Positions 7,279 through 13,999 of a DNA stretch of 64,000 nucleotides are shown one piece after another. Origin of the DNA: Bacteroidales bacterium. Its GTDB lineage: Bacteria; Bacteroidota; Bacteroidia; Bacteroidales; VadinHA17. Position numbers and translations under genes: made by a program. The stretch lies in assembly GCA_003141525.1 (NCBI GenBank), contig PLML01000004.1, forward strand, positions 787 to 64,786, read 5' to 3'. How positions within the stretch are numbered: position 1 is the stretch's first letter; each line of letters begins with the position of its first letter. The notes under the pieces are model-generated. The model did not search any database and was not told where the DNA came from. It saw only the letters and a list, made by a program, of their open reading frames with translations.

Positions 7279-7368
7279 CTCAACCTCAACCTTAACCTCA
7301 ACCTTAGTAACCTCAGCCTCAACCTCAACCTCAACCTCAGTCTCAACCTCAACCTCAACCTTAGCCTC
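7279..7368. repeat. right arm E (CTCAACC/TTAACC units, about 90 bp)
   Basis: The sequence ctcaacctcaaccttaacctcaaccttagtaacctcagcctcaacctcaacctcaacctcagtctcaacctcaacctcaaccttagcctc is the reverse complement of arm E but longer. Confidence 0.8.
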
Positions 7369-7439
7369 ATTTTATGGTTATAACAATAAAAAGTCAACAT
7401 TTATCACTATTTTTGTGGTTATAATCTGGTAAATTAAAT

Positions 7440-8660
7440 ATGATGATCAGAAGAGATTTATATTTAAATCAGCTTTTCGGCTATATTGATAAGCCTTTTA
7501 TCAAGGTCATTACCGGCATCAGACGAAGTGGTAAGTCCGCCATTCTGATGTTACTTCGTGATGAATTGTTGAGAAAAGGGATTAATGGGATAAATGTTAT
7601 CTATATAAATTTTGAAAGTTTTGAATTTTCAGAAATAGATGACGCCGAAAAGCTTTACAAATTTGTCAAAACTAAAATTAAAACCAGGAAACGTTATTAT
7701 ATTCTACTCGACGAGATCCAGGAAGTAGGATCATGGGAAAAAGCTGTTAACTCTTTTTTAGTTGATTTCAACGCTGATATTTACATTACAGGATCCAACT
7801 CCCGGCTTTTGTCTTCGGAATTGGCCACTTATCTGGCTGGACGCTATGTTGAAATTCACCTTCATACACTGTCCTTTTCTGAATATCTTCTTTTCAAACA
7901 AATACGTCTTAATGAAGAGACTTCCGATCTGTATCGTGAATTTGGATTTTTTTTACGTCTTGGGGGATTTCCGGCTCTTAATACCGGGGAATACACTTAT
8001 GAATCTGCCTATAAGGTAGTATACGATATTTATTCATCCGCTATTCTTCGCGATACAGTACAACGATATAATATCAGGGATGTTGAACTTCTGGAACGTG
8101 TTGTCAGGTACGTGTTTGACAATATAGGTAATAAATTCTCGGCAAAAAATGTAGCAGACTATTTTAAAAGCCAGCAGCGCAAGATAGATCTTAACACTGT
8201 ATATAATTACCTCACTGCTCTTGAGGGAGCATTTATTGTGTACCGGATACCACGTTATGATGTTAAGGGTAAAGAGATACTTAAGACATTTGAAAAATTT
8301 TATACAGCTGATCAATCGTTACTGTATGCCGTTATGGGGTATAAGGAGAGGCATATTTCAGGTGTTCTTGAAAATATTGTAATGCTTGAGCTAAAACGAA
8401 GAGGGTACAATGTATTTGTTGGAAAATCGGATGACAAAGAGATTGACTTTATTGCTGAATTGAAAGGGAATAAAATTTACATTCAGGTCGCTTACAAAAT
8501 GTCGGAGCAAACTACAATTGACCGTGAGTTTGCTCCATTACATGAAATAAAAGACAACTATCCTAAATACGTGATAACAATGGATGAGACATGGCAGGAT
8601 AATATTGAAGGCGTTCAGCACATGCACATTGCTGATTTTTTACTTATGAAGGAATATTAG
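7440..8660 (+). CDS. AAA-family ATPase with DUF4143-type C-terminal domain
   Basis: 406 aa. Walker A is GIRRSGKS and Walker B-like is YILLDEIQ. The overall layout is typical of AAA_14+DUF4143 proteins. Confidence 0.7.
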   Translation: MMIRRDLYLNQLFGYIDKPFIKVITGIRRSGKSAILMLLRDELLRKGINGINVIYINFESFEFSEIDDAEKLYKFVKTKIKTRKRYYILLDEIQEVGSWEKAVNSFLVDFNADIYITGSNSRLLSSELATYLAGRYVEIHLHTLSFSEYLLFKQIRLNEETSDLYREFGFFLRLGGFPALNTGEYTYESAYKVVYDIYSSAILRDTVQRYNIRDVELLERVVRYVFDNIGNKFSAKNVADYFKSQQRKIDLNTVYNYLTALEGAFIVYRIPRYDVKGKEILKTFEKFYTADQSLLYAVMGYKERHISGVLENIVMLELKRRGYNVFVGKSDDKEIDFIAELKGNKIYIQVAYKMSEQTTIDREFAPLHEIKDNYPKYVITMDETWQDNIEGVQHMHIADFLLMKEY

Positions 8661-8688
8661 TTGCGGGTTCTGCATTCCGCATCAAAAT

Positions 8689-8874
8689 ATGAAGTGTTCG
8701 GAACTATTAAGATTACTTTTAAAAGACGGGTGGGTGGTTGTGTCAACAAAAGGGTCACATTTGAAGATGAAACACCCTGAAAAGCAAGGGATCATAATTT
8801 TCCCTGATCATGGAGCACGGGAAATGGGTAAGGGAATGGAGAAGAAAATCCGTAAAGATGCCGGTTTGAACTAG
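8689..8874 (+). CDS. hicA: HicA-family toxin
   Basis: 61 aa. LLKDGWVVVSTKGSHLKMKHPEKQGIIIFPDHG is the HicA core, including the GSH motif. Confidence 0.8.
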   Translation: MKCSELLRLLLKDGWVVVSTKGSHLKMKHPEKQGIIIFPDHGAREMGKGMEKKIRKDAGLN

Positions 8875-8886
8875 AGATAGTCAGGT

Positions 8887-9294
8887 ATGGTAACAAAAAA
8901 GAAAATAGTGGTTATAATTGAAAAGACAGATACCGGATTTTCTGCTTATTCAGAAGACTATCCGGTATTTACAACAGGAGCAACAGTGAATGAGTTGCTT
9001 GAAAATACCAATGAAGGTTTCACCCTTTACTTTGGGGATAAAAATCATGGTACGCAACAGATTTACTATGAAATAGATTTTAAGCAGTTCTTTCAATACT
9101 ATAAGGTGATAAACTCCAAAGCACTTGCTGAGAAGATCGGCATGAATCCTACTCTTTTATCTCAATATGTGAGAGGTCATAAAAGACCATCCGAGAAACA
9201 AAGCCGAAGGATTCTGTATGGTATTAACAAGATCGGACAGGAACTGGCTGAAATGAGTGTTATTTATGAAAAACAAGATAAAAGACAAAAGTAA
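8887..9294 (+). CDS. hicB: HicB-family antitoxin with C-terminal HTH
   Basis: It has a UPF0150-like N-terminus (VVIIEKTDTGFSAYSEDYPVFTTGATVNELLEN) and an XRE-like HTH (LAEKIGMNPTLLSQYVRG). It lies directly downstream of hicA. Confidence 0.75.
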   Translation: MVTKKKIVVIIEKTDTGFSAYSEDYPVFTTGATVNELLENTNEGFTLYFGDKNHGTQQIYYEIDFKQFFQYYKVINSKALAEKIGMNPTLLSQYVRGHKRPSEKQSRRILYGINKIGQELAEMSVIYEKQDKRQK

Positions 9295-9354
9295 AAAGAT
9301 AAAAGTAGGGCCGAGCGTTAAGAATTTGCCCGGTGGGCAAATTTAGCGACGGAG
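9271..9354. repeat. composite left arm (family A units plus unique segment G containing palindrome AATTTGCC-N5-GGCAAATT)
   Basis: gataaaagtagggccgagcgttaagaatttgcccggtgggcaaatttagcgacggag matches the reverse complement of 12477-12543 with only a few mismatches. Confidence 0.8.
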
Positions 9355-9367
9355 CCAGTTTGTAGCG

Positions 9368-9508
9368 ATGGAAAAGAAAAATGACCTTTGCGAAAGGCTT
9401 TTTGAATTTGCAGTAAGAGTCATTGAATTTTTGAAAACATTATCCTATTCACCTGAAAATAAAACTATTCGGACACAACTGTCAAAAAGCGCTGATTGGA
9501 TTAGTTGA
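9368..9508 (+). pseudogene. 5' fragment of a four-helix-bundle gene (GANY subtype)
   Basis: MEKKNDLCERLFEFAVRVIEFLKTLSYSPENKTIRTQLSKSA is nearly identical to the 13474 copy. It then diverges and stops (DWIS*). Confidence 0.75.
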
Positions 9509-9589
9509 AAGCGGGGTTGTGGAGAAAGTTGAAGGAAATTATTTCATATCTGATCCATTCTTTAAGAGGTTTCTTTTCCGTTACGCCTG
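9492..9589 (+). pseudogene. possible C-terminal remnant of a DUF234-type ATPase
   Basis: LIGLVESGVVEKVEGNYFISDPFFKRFLFRYA* resembles the wHTH tail (Y.I.DPF..FWF) of DUF234 ATPases. It has no N-terminal part. Confidence 0.3.
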
Positions 9590-9643
9590 ATGGCGTTACG
9601 CTTGTGGGCGTAAAAAACAACGCAATGTTAAAAAAACTTAAAA

Positions 9644-9853
9644 ATGACAAATAAAGAACAAATACAACGAGATATAGCAATTGCTTTTGATTTCGTTGAA
9701 CAAATAATAGATAACCCGGATATACTTGATAAGATACCTGATGGTACTACGATTACTTTTCTTGACTGTGAAAATGTAAAGCCGGAGAAACCTATTAGTC
9801 AAGATACTGCAAAAAAATACGTCAACGTTAAAAGGCACTTTGAAGTATTATAA
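9644..9853 (+). CDS. small hypothetical protein (69 aa)
   Basis: An ORF with a clean ATG. I do not recognise a domain with confidence. Confidence 0.35.
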   Translation: MTNKEQIQRDIAIAFDFVEQIIDNPDILDKIPDGTTITFLDCENVKPEKPISQDTAKKYVNVKRHFEVL

Positions 9854-9865
9854 AATCTATGGCAT

Positions 9866-9903
9866 AAGATTAAGGCTAAGGTTAAGGTTAAGGTTGAGAG
9901 GTT
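9866..9903. repeat. E-type left arm (second copy)
   Basis: The sequence aagattaaggctaaggttaaggttaaggttgagaggtt has its inverted partner at 11661-11697. Confidence 0.7.
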
Positions 9904-10053
9904 ACTCTACCTAAGTCATGAAAATATTTTATCTGCTAGACGCCTGACGCCAGACGCCGGACACCCCGAAGAGTTCATATGGTCGTTAAAAGATATTAAT
10001 CTTCAGGTACAAATTATTTCTTTTAGTACATTTGTTAACTAATAATTAAAAAG

Positions 10054-10221
10054 ATGGTAACAACAATAAAAAAAGGAACATCACGCGAAAAAATCCGGTT
10101 AGCCTTAAAAAAACGACAAGTAAAAATCAAAAGTCCTGATTTAAAAAAATATTGCGGTTCTATCACCCTCCTTGAGGACCCAATGAAACTACAAAAAGAA
10201 TGGCGCAATGAATGGGACTAA
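10054..10221 (+). CDS. putative antitoxin of the VapC module (55 aa, below track threshold)
   Basis: My own translation is MVTTIKKGTSREKIRLALKK...LEDPMKLQKEWRNEWD*. It overlaps the PIN gene start by 14 nt. A TACATTTG -7-like box lies at 10027-10034. Confidence 0.5.
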   Translation: MVTTIKKGTSREKIRLALKKRQVKIKSPDLKKYCGSITLLEDPMKLQKEWRNEWD

Positions 10222-10579
10222 TATCCTTCTTGATACCAATATTGTGCTTTATCTCCTTAACGGAGAAGAGACACTGATTCCTCTTTTAGATGAGAAAAAT
10301 CTTTTTCTATCATTTATAACCCAATTGGAGTTATTGGGTAACCGGCATTTAAAACCCAGCGACATCCTGAAAATTAAACAATTTATTTCTGAGTGTACAG
10401 TGATTGATATTACACCTGCTATAAAGGAATTAGTTATAAATATTCGTCAAAAATACAACATCAAGCTTCCTGACTGTATTATTATAGCAACTTCCCTTTG
10501 GCTAAATATGCCTTTAATTACAGCTGATCACGATTTTAAAAAGATTGACATAGCCGACCTGATATATTTTCAAATATAA
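10208..10579 (+). CDS. vapC: PIN-domain toxin (VapC-like)
   Basis: ILLDTNIVLYLL at the N-terminus gives the first acidic residue. It also has ITQLELL, LPDCIIIATSL and ITADHDF, the acidic quartet pattern of PIN domains. Confidence 0.8.
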   Translation: MNGTNILLDTNIVLYLLNGEETLIPLLDEKNLFLSFITQLELLGNRHLKPSDILKIKQFISECTVIDITPAIKELVINIRQKYNIKLPDCIIIATSLWLNMPLITADHDFKKIDIADLIYFQI

Positions 10580-10626
10580 CCAGGACAAAAAAGATAACTA
10601 AAAGGGCTTATTTTAGAATTCAGGCA

Positions 10627-10725
10627 CTTGAACTTTGAACCTTAAACTTTGAACTTTGAACTTTTATCTTTTTACTTTTGTCTTTTGTCTTATTCCATAC
10701 TTTTGCCTTTTTACTTTTGTCTTGA
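10627..10725. repeat. stacked orphan right arms (D-type then A-type)
   Basis: cttgaactttgaaccttaaactttgaactttgaac is followed by ttttatctttttacttttgtcttttgtcttattccatacttttgcctttttacttttgtcttga. No matching left arm lies nearby. Confidence 0.65.
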
Positions 10726-10851
10726 TAAACCCTCAACAAATGACCAATGTTGTCCAGATAACGCACCTCTCTAAGATTTACTGATTGGTGAAAATAACGA
10801 AAACAATAAAAGGGAGGGCATAATATTACCTGAAATCTTTGCGCAGTTTTA

Positions 10852-10883
10852 TTTGGCGAACAATCCCTTATACGTTAAATTTG
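10852..10883 (+). promoter_or_regulatory. candidate Bacteroidota-type promoter for the second PIN module
   Basis: TTTG at 10852-10855 and TAAATTTG at 10876-10883 with a 20-nt spacer. It lies inside the 5' extension of track ORF 10853, which argues for the Met at 10904 as the true start. Confidence 0.4.
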
Positions 10884-10903
10884 TATATAAAACTTATAAA
10901 ACG

Positions 10904-11140
10904 ATGAACACTACTTCATATAAAAGAACGTACAGTTTCCCTTTCACATTCGATGATGTATTAAAGCTGATTAAATCATTCTCAATAGAGGATAAAGTGA
11001 GATTGGAAAAGGAATTGGAAAAAGAGACACTCGTTTACCGGGCACAAAAATTGTCAGAAAAAATTAAGTCAAATGATCTCACTATTGAGGATGTAGTAGC
11101 TGAAGTTGTGGAATACAGAAAGAAACAGAATGCAAAATGA
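10904..11140 (+). CDS. putative antitoxin partner of PIN protein
   Basis: 78 aa from MNTTSYKR. It has a charged coiled C-terminus and overlaps the downstream PIN gene. Confidence 0.45.
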   Translation: MNTTSYKRTYSFPFTFDDVLKLIKSFSIEDKVRLEKELEKETLVYRAQKLSEKIKSNDLTIEDVVAEVVEYRKKQNAK

Positions 11141-11537
11141 AGTTTTCATTCTGGATAGTAACATCTGGATAAACTATGTGATCACAAAGCGACTGGACAA
11201 ATTAGTTACACGGATTTACCACCATCAATTGACGGTTCTGACAAGTCACCACCTTATTACAGAAATACAGGAGGTATTGACTCGATCAAAGTTTAAGAAA
11301 TATCTTAAACTTTCTGACATTAAAGAATTAATTGCAATACATTTAAAACTATGCCGGCTTGTGGATACTGATGAAACTACAGACCAACTTACGGACCCCA
11401 AAGATAATTTCTTGCTAAATTTATATAACACAGGAAAAGCCACCGTAATTGTGAGCGGTGATAAAGAATTTCTCCATGAGGCAAGCGAATTAAATTACCG
11501 TGTTATGACGCTTAAAGAGTTTGAGTTATCCCATTAG
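11130..11537 (+). CDS. PIN-family toxin (TIGR00305-like)
   Basis: VFILDSNIWINYV, LITEIQEVL and DPKDNFLLNLYNTGKATVIVSGDKEFL are the typical D..D..GD pattern of this PIN subfamily. The start is taken at MQNE, which overlaps the upstream stop. Confidence 0.75.
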   Translation: MQNEVFILDSNIWINYVITKRLDKLVTRIYHHQLTVLTSHHLITEIQEVLTRSKFKKYLKLSDIKELIAIHLKLCRLVDTDETTDQLTDPKDNFLLNLYNTGKATVIVSGDKEFLHEASELNYRVMTLKEFELSH

Positions 11538-11580
11538 CAGTGACCCCGAATGCTGAAAAACAGAAGCTCCCTCCTTAGAA

Positions 11581-11697
11581 TTCAAAACGAGAACCGACCC
11601 GCTTTTCACTTTCTCCTTGTTATCTTTACTTTTGTCTTGTGACTTTTGTCTTTTATCTTTATTTCAACCTCAACCTCAACCTAAACCTGAACCTCAA
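11581..11697. repeat. stacked arms: unique segment J, A-type right arm, E-type right arm
   Basis: tcaaaacgagaaccgacccgcttttcactttctc is the partner of 12225-12305. acttttgtcttgtgacttttgtcttttatctt is the A family. caacctcaacctcaacctaaacctgaacctcaag is the partner of 9866-9903. Confidence 0.65.
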
Positions 11698-11772
11698 GAA
11701 TAAGACAGGACAATTAAAGAAGTTGCCTAATAAATAAAAGTTCGTACTTTTACAAAAGAATATTTTACCATT

Positions 11773-11988
11773 ATGAAGAAAATCAAATACGTAATTTATA
11801 AAGAAGGAAAGTATTATGTTTCACAATGTTTAAATGTGGACATATCCAGTTTTGGTACCACCATTGATGAGGCAAGTGCCAACTTGAAAGAAGCTTTACA
11901 ATTATATTTTGAAGATGATAAAAGTCATTGGGATTATTTACCAATTTCAGAAGCTTTAATTGGGGAAACTCAGCTTAATTTGAGATGA
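11773..11988 (+). CDS. short HicB-like antitoxin
   Basis: 71 aa. YVIYKEGKYYVSQCLNVDISSFGTTIDEASANLKEALQLYFED matches the UPF0150/HicB N-domain pattern. Confidence 0.6.
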   Translation: MKKIKYVIYKEGKYYVSQCLNVDISSFGTTIDEASANLKEALQLYFEDDKSHWDYLPISEALIGETQLNLR

Positions 11989-12123
11989 CAAAACTGTAAT
12001 TGTTCCTTGCCCTGTGAAATAGCACAAAGCCCCCGCCCTGGCCATATTTCACAGGGCCGGCACCCCGGAAGGAAATCCCTATTGGTACTTTTCGTTCAAT
12101 AATAAGACAATCAGGATTAAACC
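11985..12123 (+). pseudogene. decayed HicA-like toxin gene
   Basis: It starts MTKL and then hits a stop. After the 49-bp insert is mentally removed, the same frame reads FVPSAPRKEIPIGTFRSIIRQSGL, a HicA C-terminal motif. The central dsRBD-like part is missing and the 3' end appears frameshifted. Confidence 0.45.
12010..12058. mobile_element. 49-bp miniature derivative of the 3838-4127 element
   Basis: GCCCTGTGAAATAGCA...ATATTTCACAGGGC has termini identical to the 290-bp element, with only about 20 nt between them. Confidence 0.7.
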
Positions 12124-12379
12124 AAAATGATTTTGTTTGAGAAAAAGATGGTTAGTTTATACAGGAATCTACATTTTATACCTCGAAAAACACGAAACGC
12201 CCAGGGAATTAGAAAAATGATAAAAAGTGAAAGAGAAAAAAAGTTTCTCGATTTTCATTTGACTTCGTCGAGCTCGTCCCGCTAAAGCGGGACTCGGTTC
12301 ACGTTTAAGAAAGCTCTTAGCCCTGTGCCACTAAACGATAATCTCAAAACACTTAATACGAAACGTGTTAAATTTTTTA

Positions 12380-12543
12380 ACTTTTGTCTTTTTCCTTTCT
12401 CCTTTTGCCTTTTGCCTTGATTCTACTTTTATCTTGTGACTTTTGTCTTTTGTCTTGATCCACCCCTGCATGCTGTCCCCTTCGCTAAATTTGCCTACCA
12501 GGCAAATTTTTAACGCTCGGTCCTGTCTTTTATCTTTATAGAG
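12380..12543. repeat. composite right arms (long A-type, then G', then short A')
   Basis: cttttgtctttttcctttctccttttgccttttgccttgattctacttttatcttgtgacttttgtcttttgtcttga is followed by ccttcgctaaatttgcctaccaggcaaatttttaacgctcggtcctgtcttttatcttt. It ends one nt before the wzm ATG. Confidence 0.8.
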
Positions 12544-13410
12544 ATGAATTCCAATTCTGAAAAATCACATACAATAATATATGAGCCCAACCAGCGATTG
12601 AAAATAGGTTGGGTAAAAACCTGGATAATACTTGTTCGAAACATTGTTCATAGCTGGGATTTGATTTATCAGCTATTTCGAAGAGATTTTTTAATGAGCT
12701 ATAAGAAATCATTTATTGGTGCGGGCTGGATTTTTATTTCTCCATTATTAGGGGTTGTCTCATGGGTATTTTATAATTCTACTGGTATCCTTAAGCCAGG
12801 TGATGTAGGAATCCCCTATCCTGCCTATGTTTTGTTAAGTACCTCAATTTATGGCTTGTTTGGTGGATTTTTTACCTCAGCCAGCGGGACCTTAACTGCC
12901 GGTTCTGGTTTTATAACCCAGGTAAATTATCCCCACGATGCCTTACTGATAAAGCAGGCTATGCTTCAGCTTGCGAATTTTGCAATTGTGTTTTTCATTA
13001 ATATTATCGTTTTGTTTTCCTTTAGGGTAGTTCCTAGTTTATATATATTCTTATTGCCATTATTGATTCTTCCCATCTTTTTCATTGGCTCGGCAATAGG
13101 TTTGTTTGCCTCTGTCATTGAAGTAGTTGCCTCTGATATAAACAAAGTAATTACTTTTATGATTGGCTTATTATTGTTTATTACACCAGTCATATATTCA
13201 TCAAAAGTGCAGAACCCCTTTCTGCAGAAAATGATCAAATGGAATCCATTAACCTATCTTATTGGAGGTGCAAGAGATATGATCATATACGGAAAGATGG
13301 AACACCTTGACACATATTTTATTTGCGCCGGAGTATCATTCCTGCTTTTTCTATTTTCCTGGCGCATTTTTTACATTACCGAACAACGGGTAATTGAAAA
13401 GATGATTTAA
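12544..13410 (+). CDS. wzm: ABC-2 type polysaccharide exporter permease (Wzm)
   Basis: 288 aa with six predicted TM stretches. The N-terminal LIYQLFRRDFLMSYKKSFIGAGW is typical of ABC-2/Wzm permeases. Confidence 0.85.
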   Translation: MNSNSEKSHTIIYEPNQRLKIGWVKTWIILVRNIVHSWDLIYQLFRRDFLMSYKKSFIGAGWIFISPLLGVVSWVFYNSTGILKPGDVGIPYPAYVLLSTSIYGLFGGFFTSASGTLTAGSGFITQVNYPHDALLIKQAMLQLANFAIVFFINIIVLFSFRVVPSLYIFLLPLLILPIFFIGSAIGLFASVIEVVASDINKVITFMIGLLLFITPVIYSSKVQNPFLQKMIKWNPLTYLIGGARDMIIYGKMEHLDTYFICAGVSFLLFLFSWRIFYITEQRVIEKMI

Positions 13411-13441
13411 ATGCTAAACAATAAACGCGAAAGGTAAGATC

Positions 13442-13478
13442 TAAAGATAAAAGACAAAAGTCACAAGATAAAAGTGGA
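13442..13478. repeat. left arm A (third copy)
   Basis: taaagataaaagacaaaagtcacaagataaaagtgg is the exact reverse-complement style of the 32-bp ACTTTTGTCTTGTGACTTTTGTCTTTT motif. Confidence 0.8.
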
Positions 13479-13951
13479 AGAAAAGAAAAATGATTTGTGC
13501 GAGAGACTCTTTGAGTTTGCAGTAAGAGTAATTGAATTTTTAAAAACACTACCTTATTCCCCAGAAAATAAAACTATTCGTACGCAATTATCAAAAAGTG
13601 CTTGTTCGTCAGGAGCTAATTACTCGCCCTGTCAAATTGCATCAAATTGTTAAAAGATTTTTATTTTATATATGTTTTAAGGAGTTTAACTGATTTCAAA
13701 TTCTATGTTGGTTTTACATCAGATTTGATGCAAAGATTTGACAGGGTGAAGAGTCTCAAAGCGGTTCATCCAAGGCAGACTTTTCTAACAAAGTCAGGAT
13801 TTCCCTTCGTGAAATGAGAGAATCAAATTATTGGCTCAGAATAATTATAAGAACTGTTAAAGAAGTTAATGGGCCAGAACTCGACTACCTTATAAAAGAA
13901 TCAGGAGAACTCAAAAACATCCTTGGCTCTATAGTCCAAAAAACCAGATAA
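13474..13951 (+). pseudogene. four-helix-bundle gene (GANY subtype) interrupted by a 124-bp miniature element
   Basis: The 5' half reads (V/M)EEKKNDLCERLFEFAVRVIEFLKTLPYSPENKTIRTQLSKSACSSGANY (to 13623). The 3' half reads EESQSGSSKADFSNKVRISLREMRESNYWLRII... (13748-13951). Removing 124 nt restores the frame. Confidence 0.85.
13624..13747. mobile_element. 124-bp non-autonomous (MITE-like) derivative of the 2206-2493 element
   Basis: The termini are CCCTGTCAAAT (13627-13637) and ATTTGACAGGG (13736-13746). The interior equals the first ~115 nt of the full element, including the 5' part of the GIY-YIG ORF, with 6 mismatches by my count. Confidence 0.8.
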
Positions 13952-13956
13952 TCAAC

Positions 13957-13999
13957 CTCTTTTTACTTTTGTCTTGTGACTTTTGTCTTTTGTCTTTGA
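13957..13999. repeat. right arm A
   Basis: The sequence ctctttttacttttgtcttgtgacttttgtcttttgtctttga. Confidence 0.8.

Noticed and set aside
7762-8019. Plus-strand ORFs 7762-8019, 60936-61121 and 63212-63397
   Set aside because: These are alternative frames inside the AAA ATPase, a four-helix gene and the DUF354 gene respectively. They have no motifs.
10027-10034. TACATTTG as a promoter -7 box for the VapC module, and TATTTTTG at 7408-7415 for the ATPase
   Set aside because: The -7-like boxes are present, but I found no TTTG at the expected 19-21-nt spacing upstream. They are too weak to list as features.
12276-12293. Hairpin gtcccgc-taaa-gcgggac as an intrinsic terminator
   Set aside because: It is a GC-rich 7-bp stem but is not followed by a T-run. 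It lies within the J arm segment, so it is more likely part of the arm structure.
12320-12332. gccctgtgccac resembling a left terminus of the GIY-YIG element
   Set aside because: It matches only the first 8 nt, and no inverted partner lies within several hundred nt. It is likely chance or too degraded to call.
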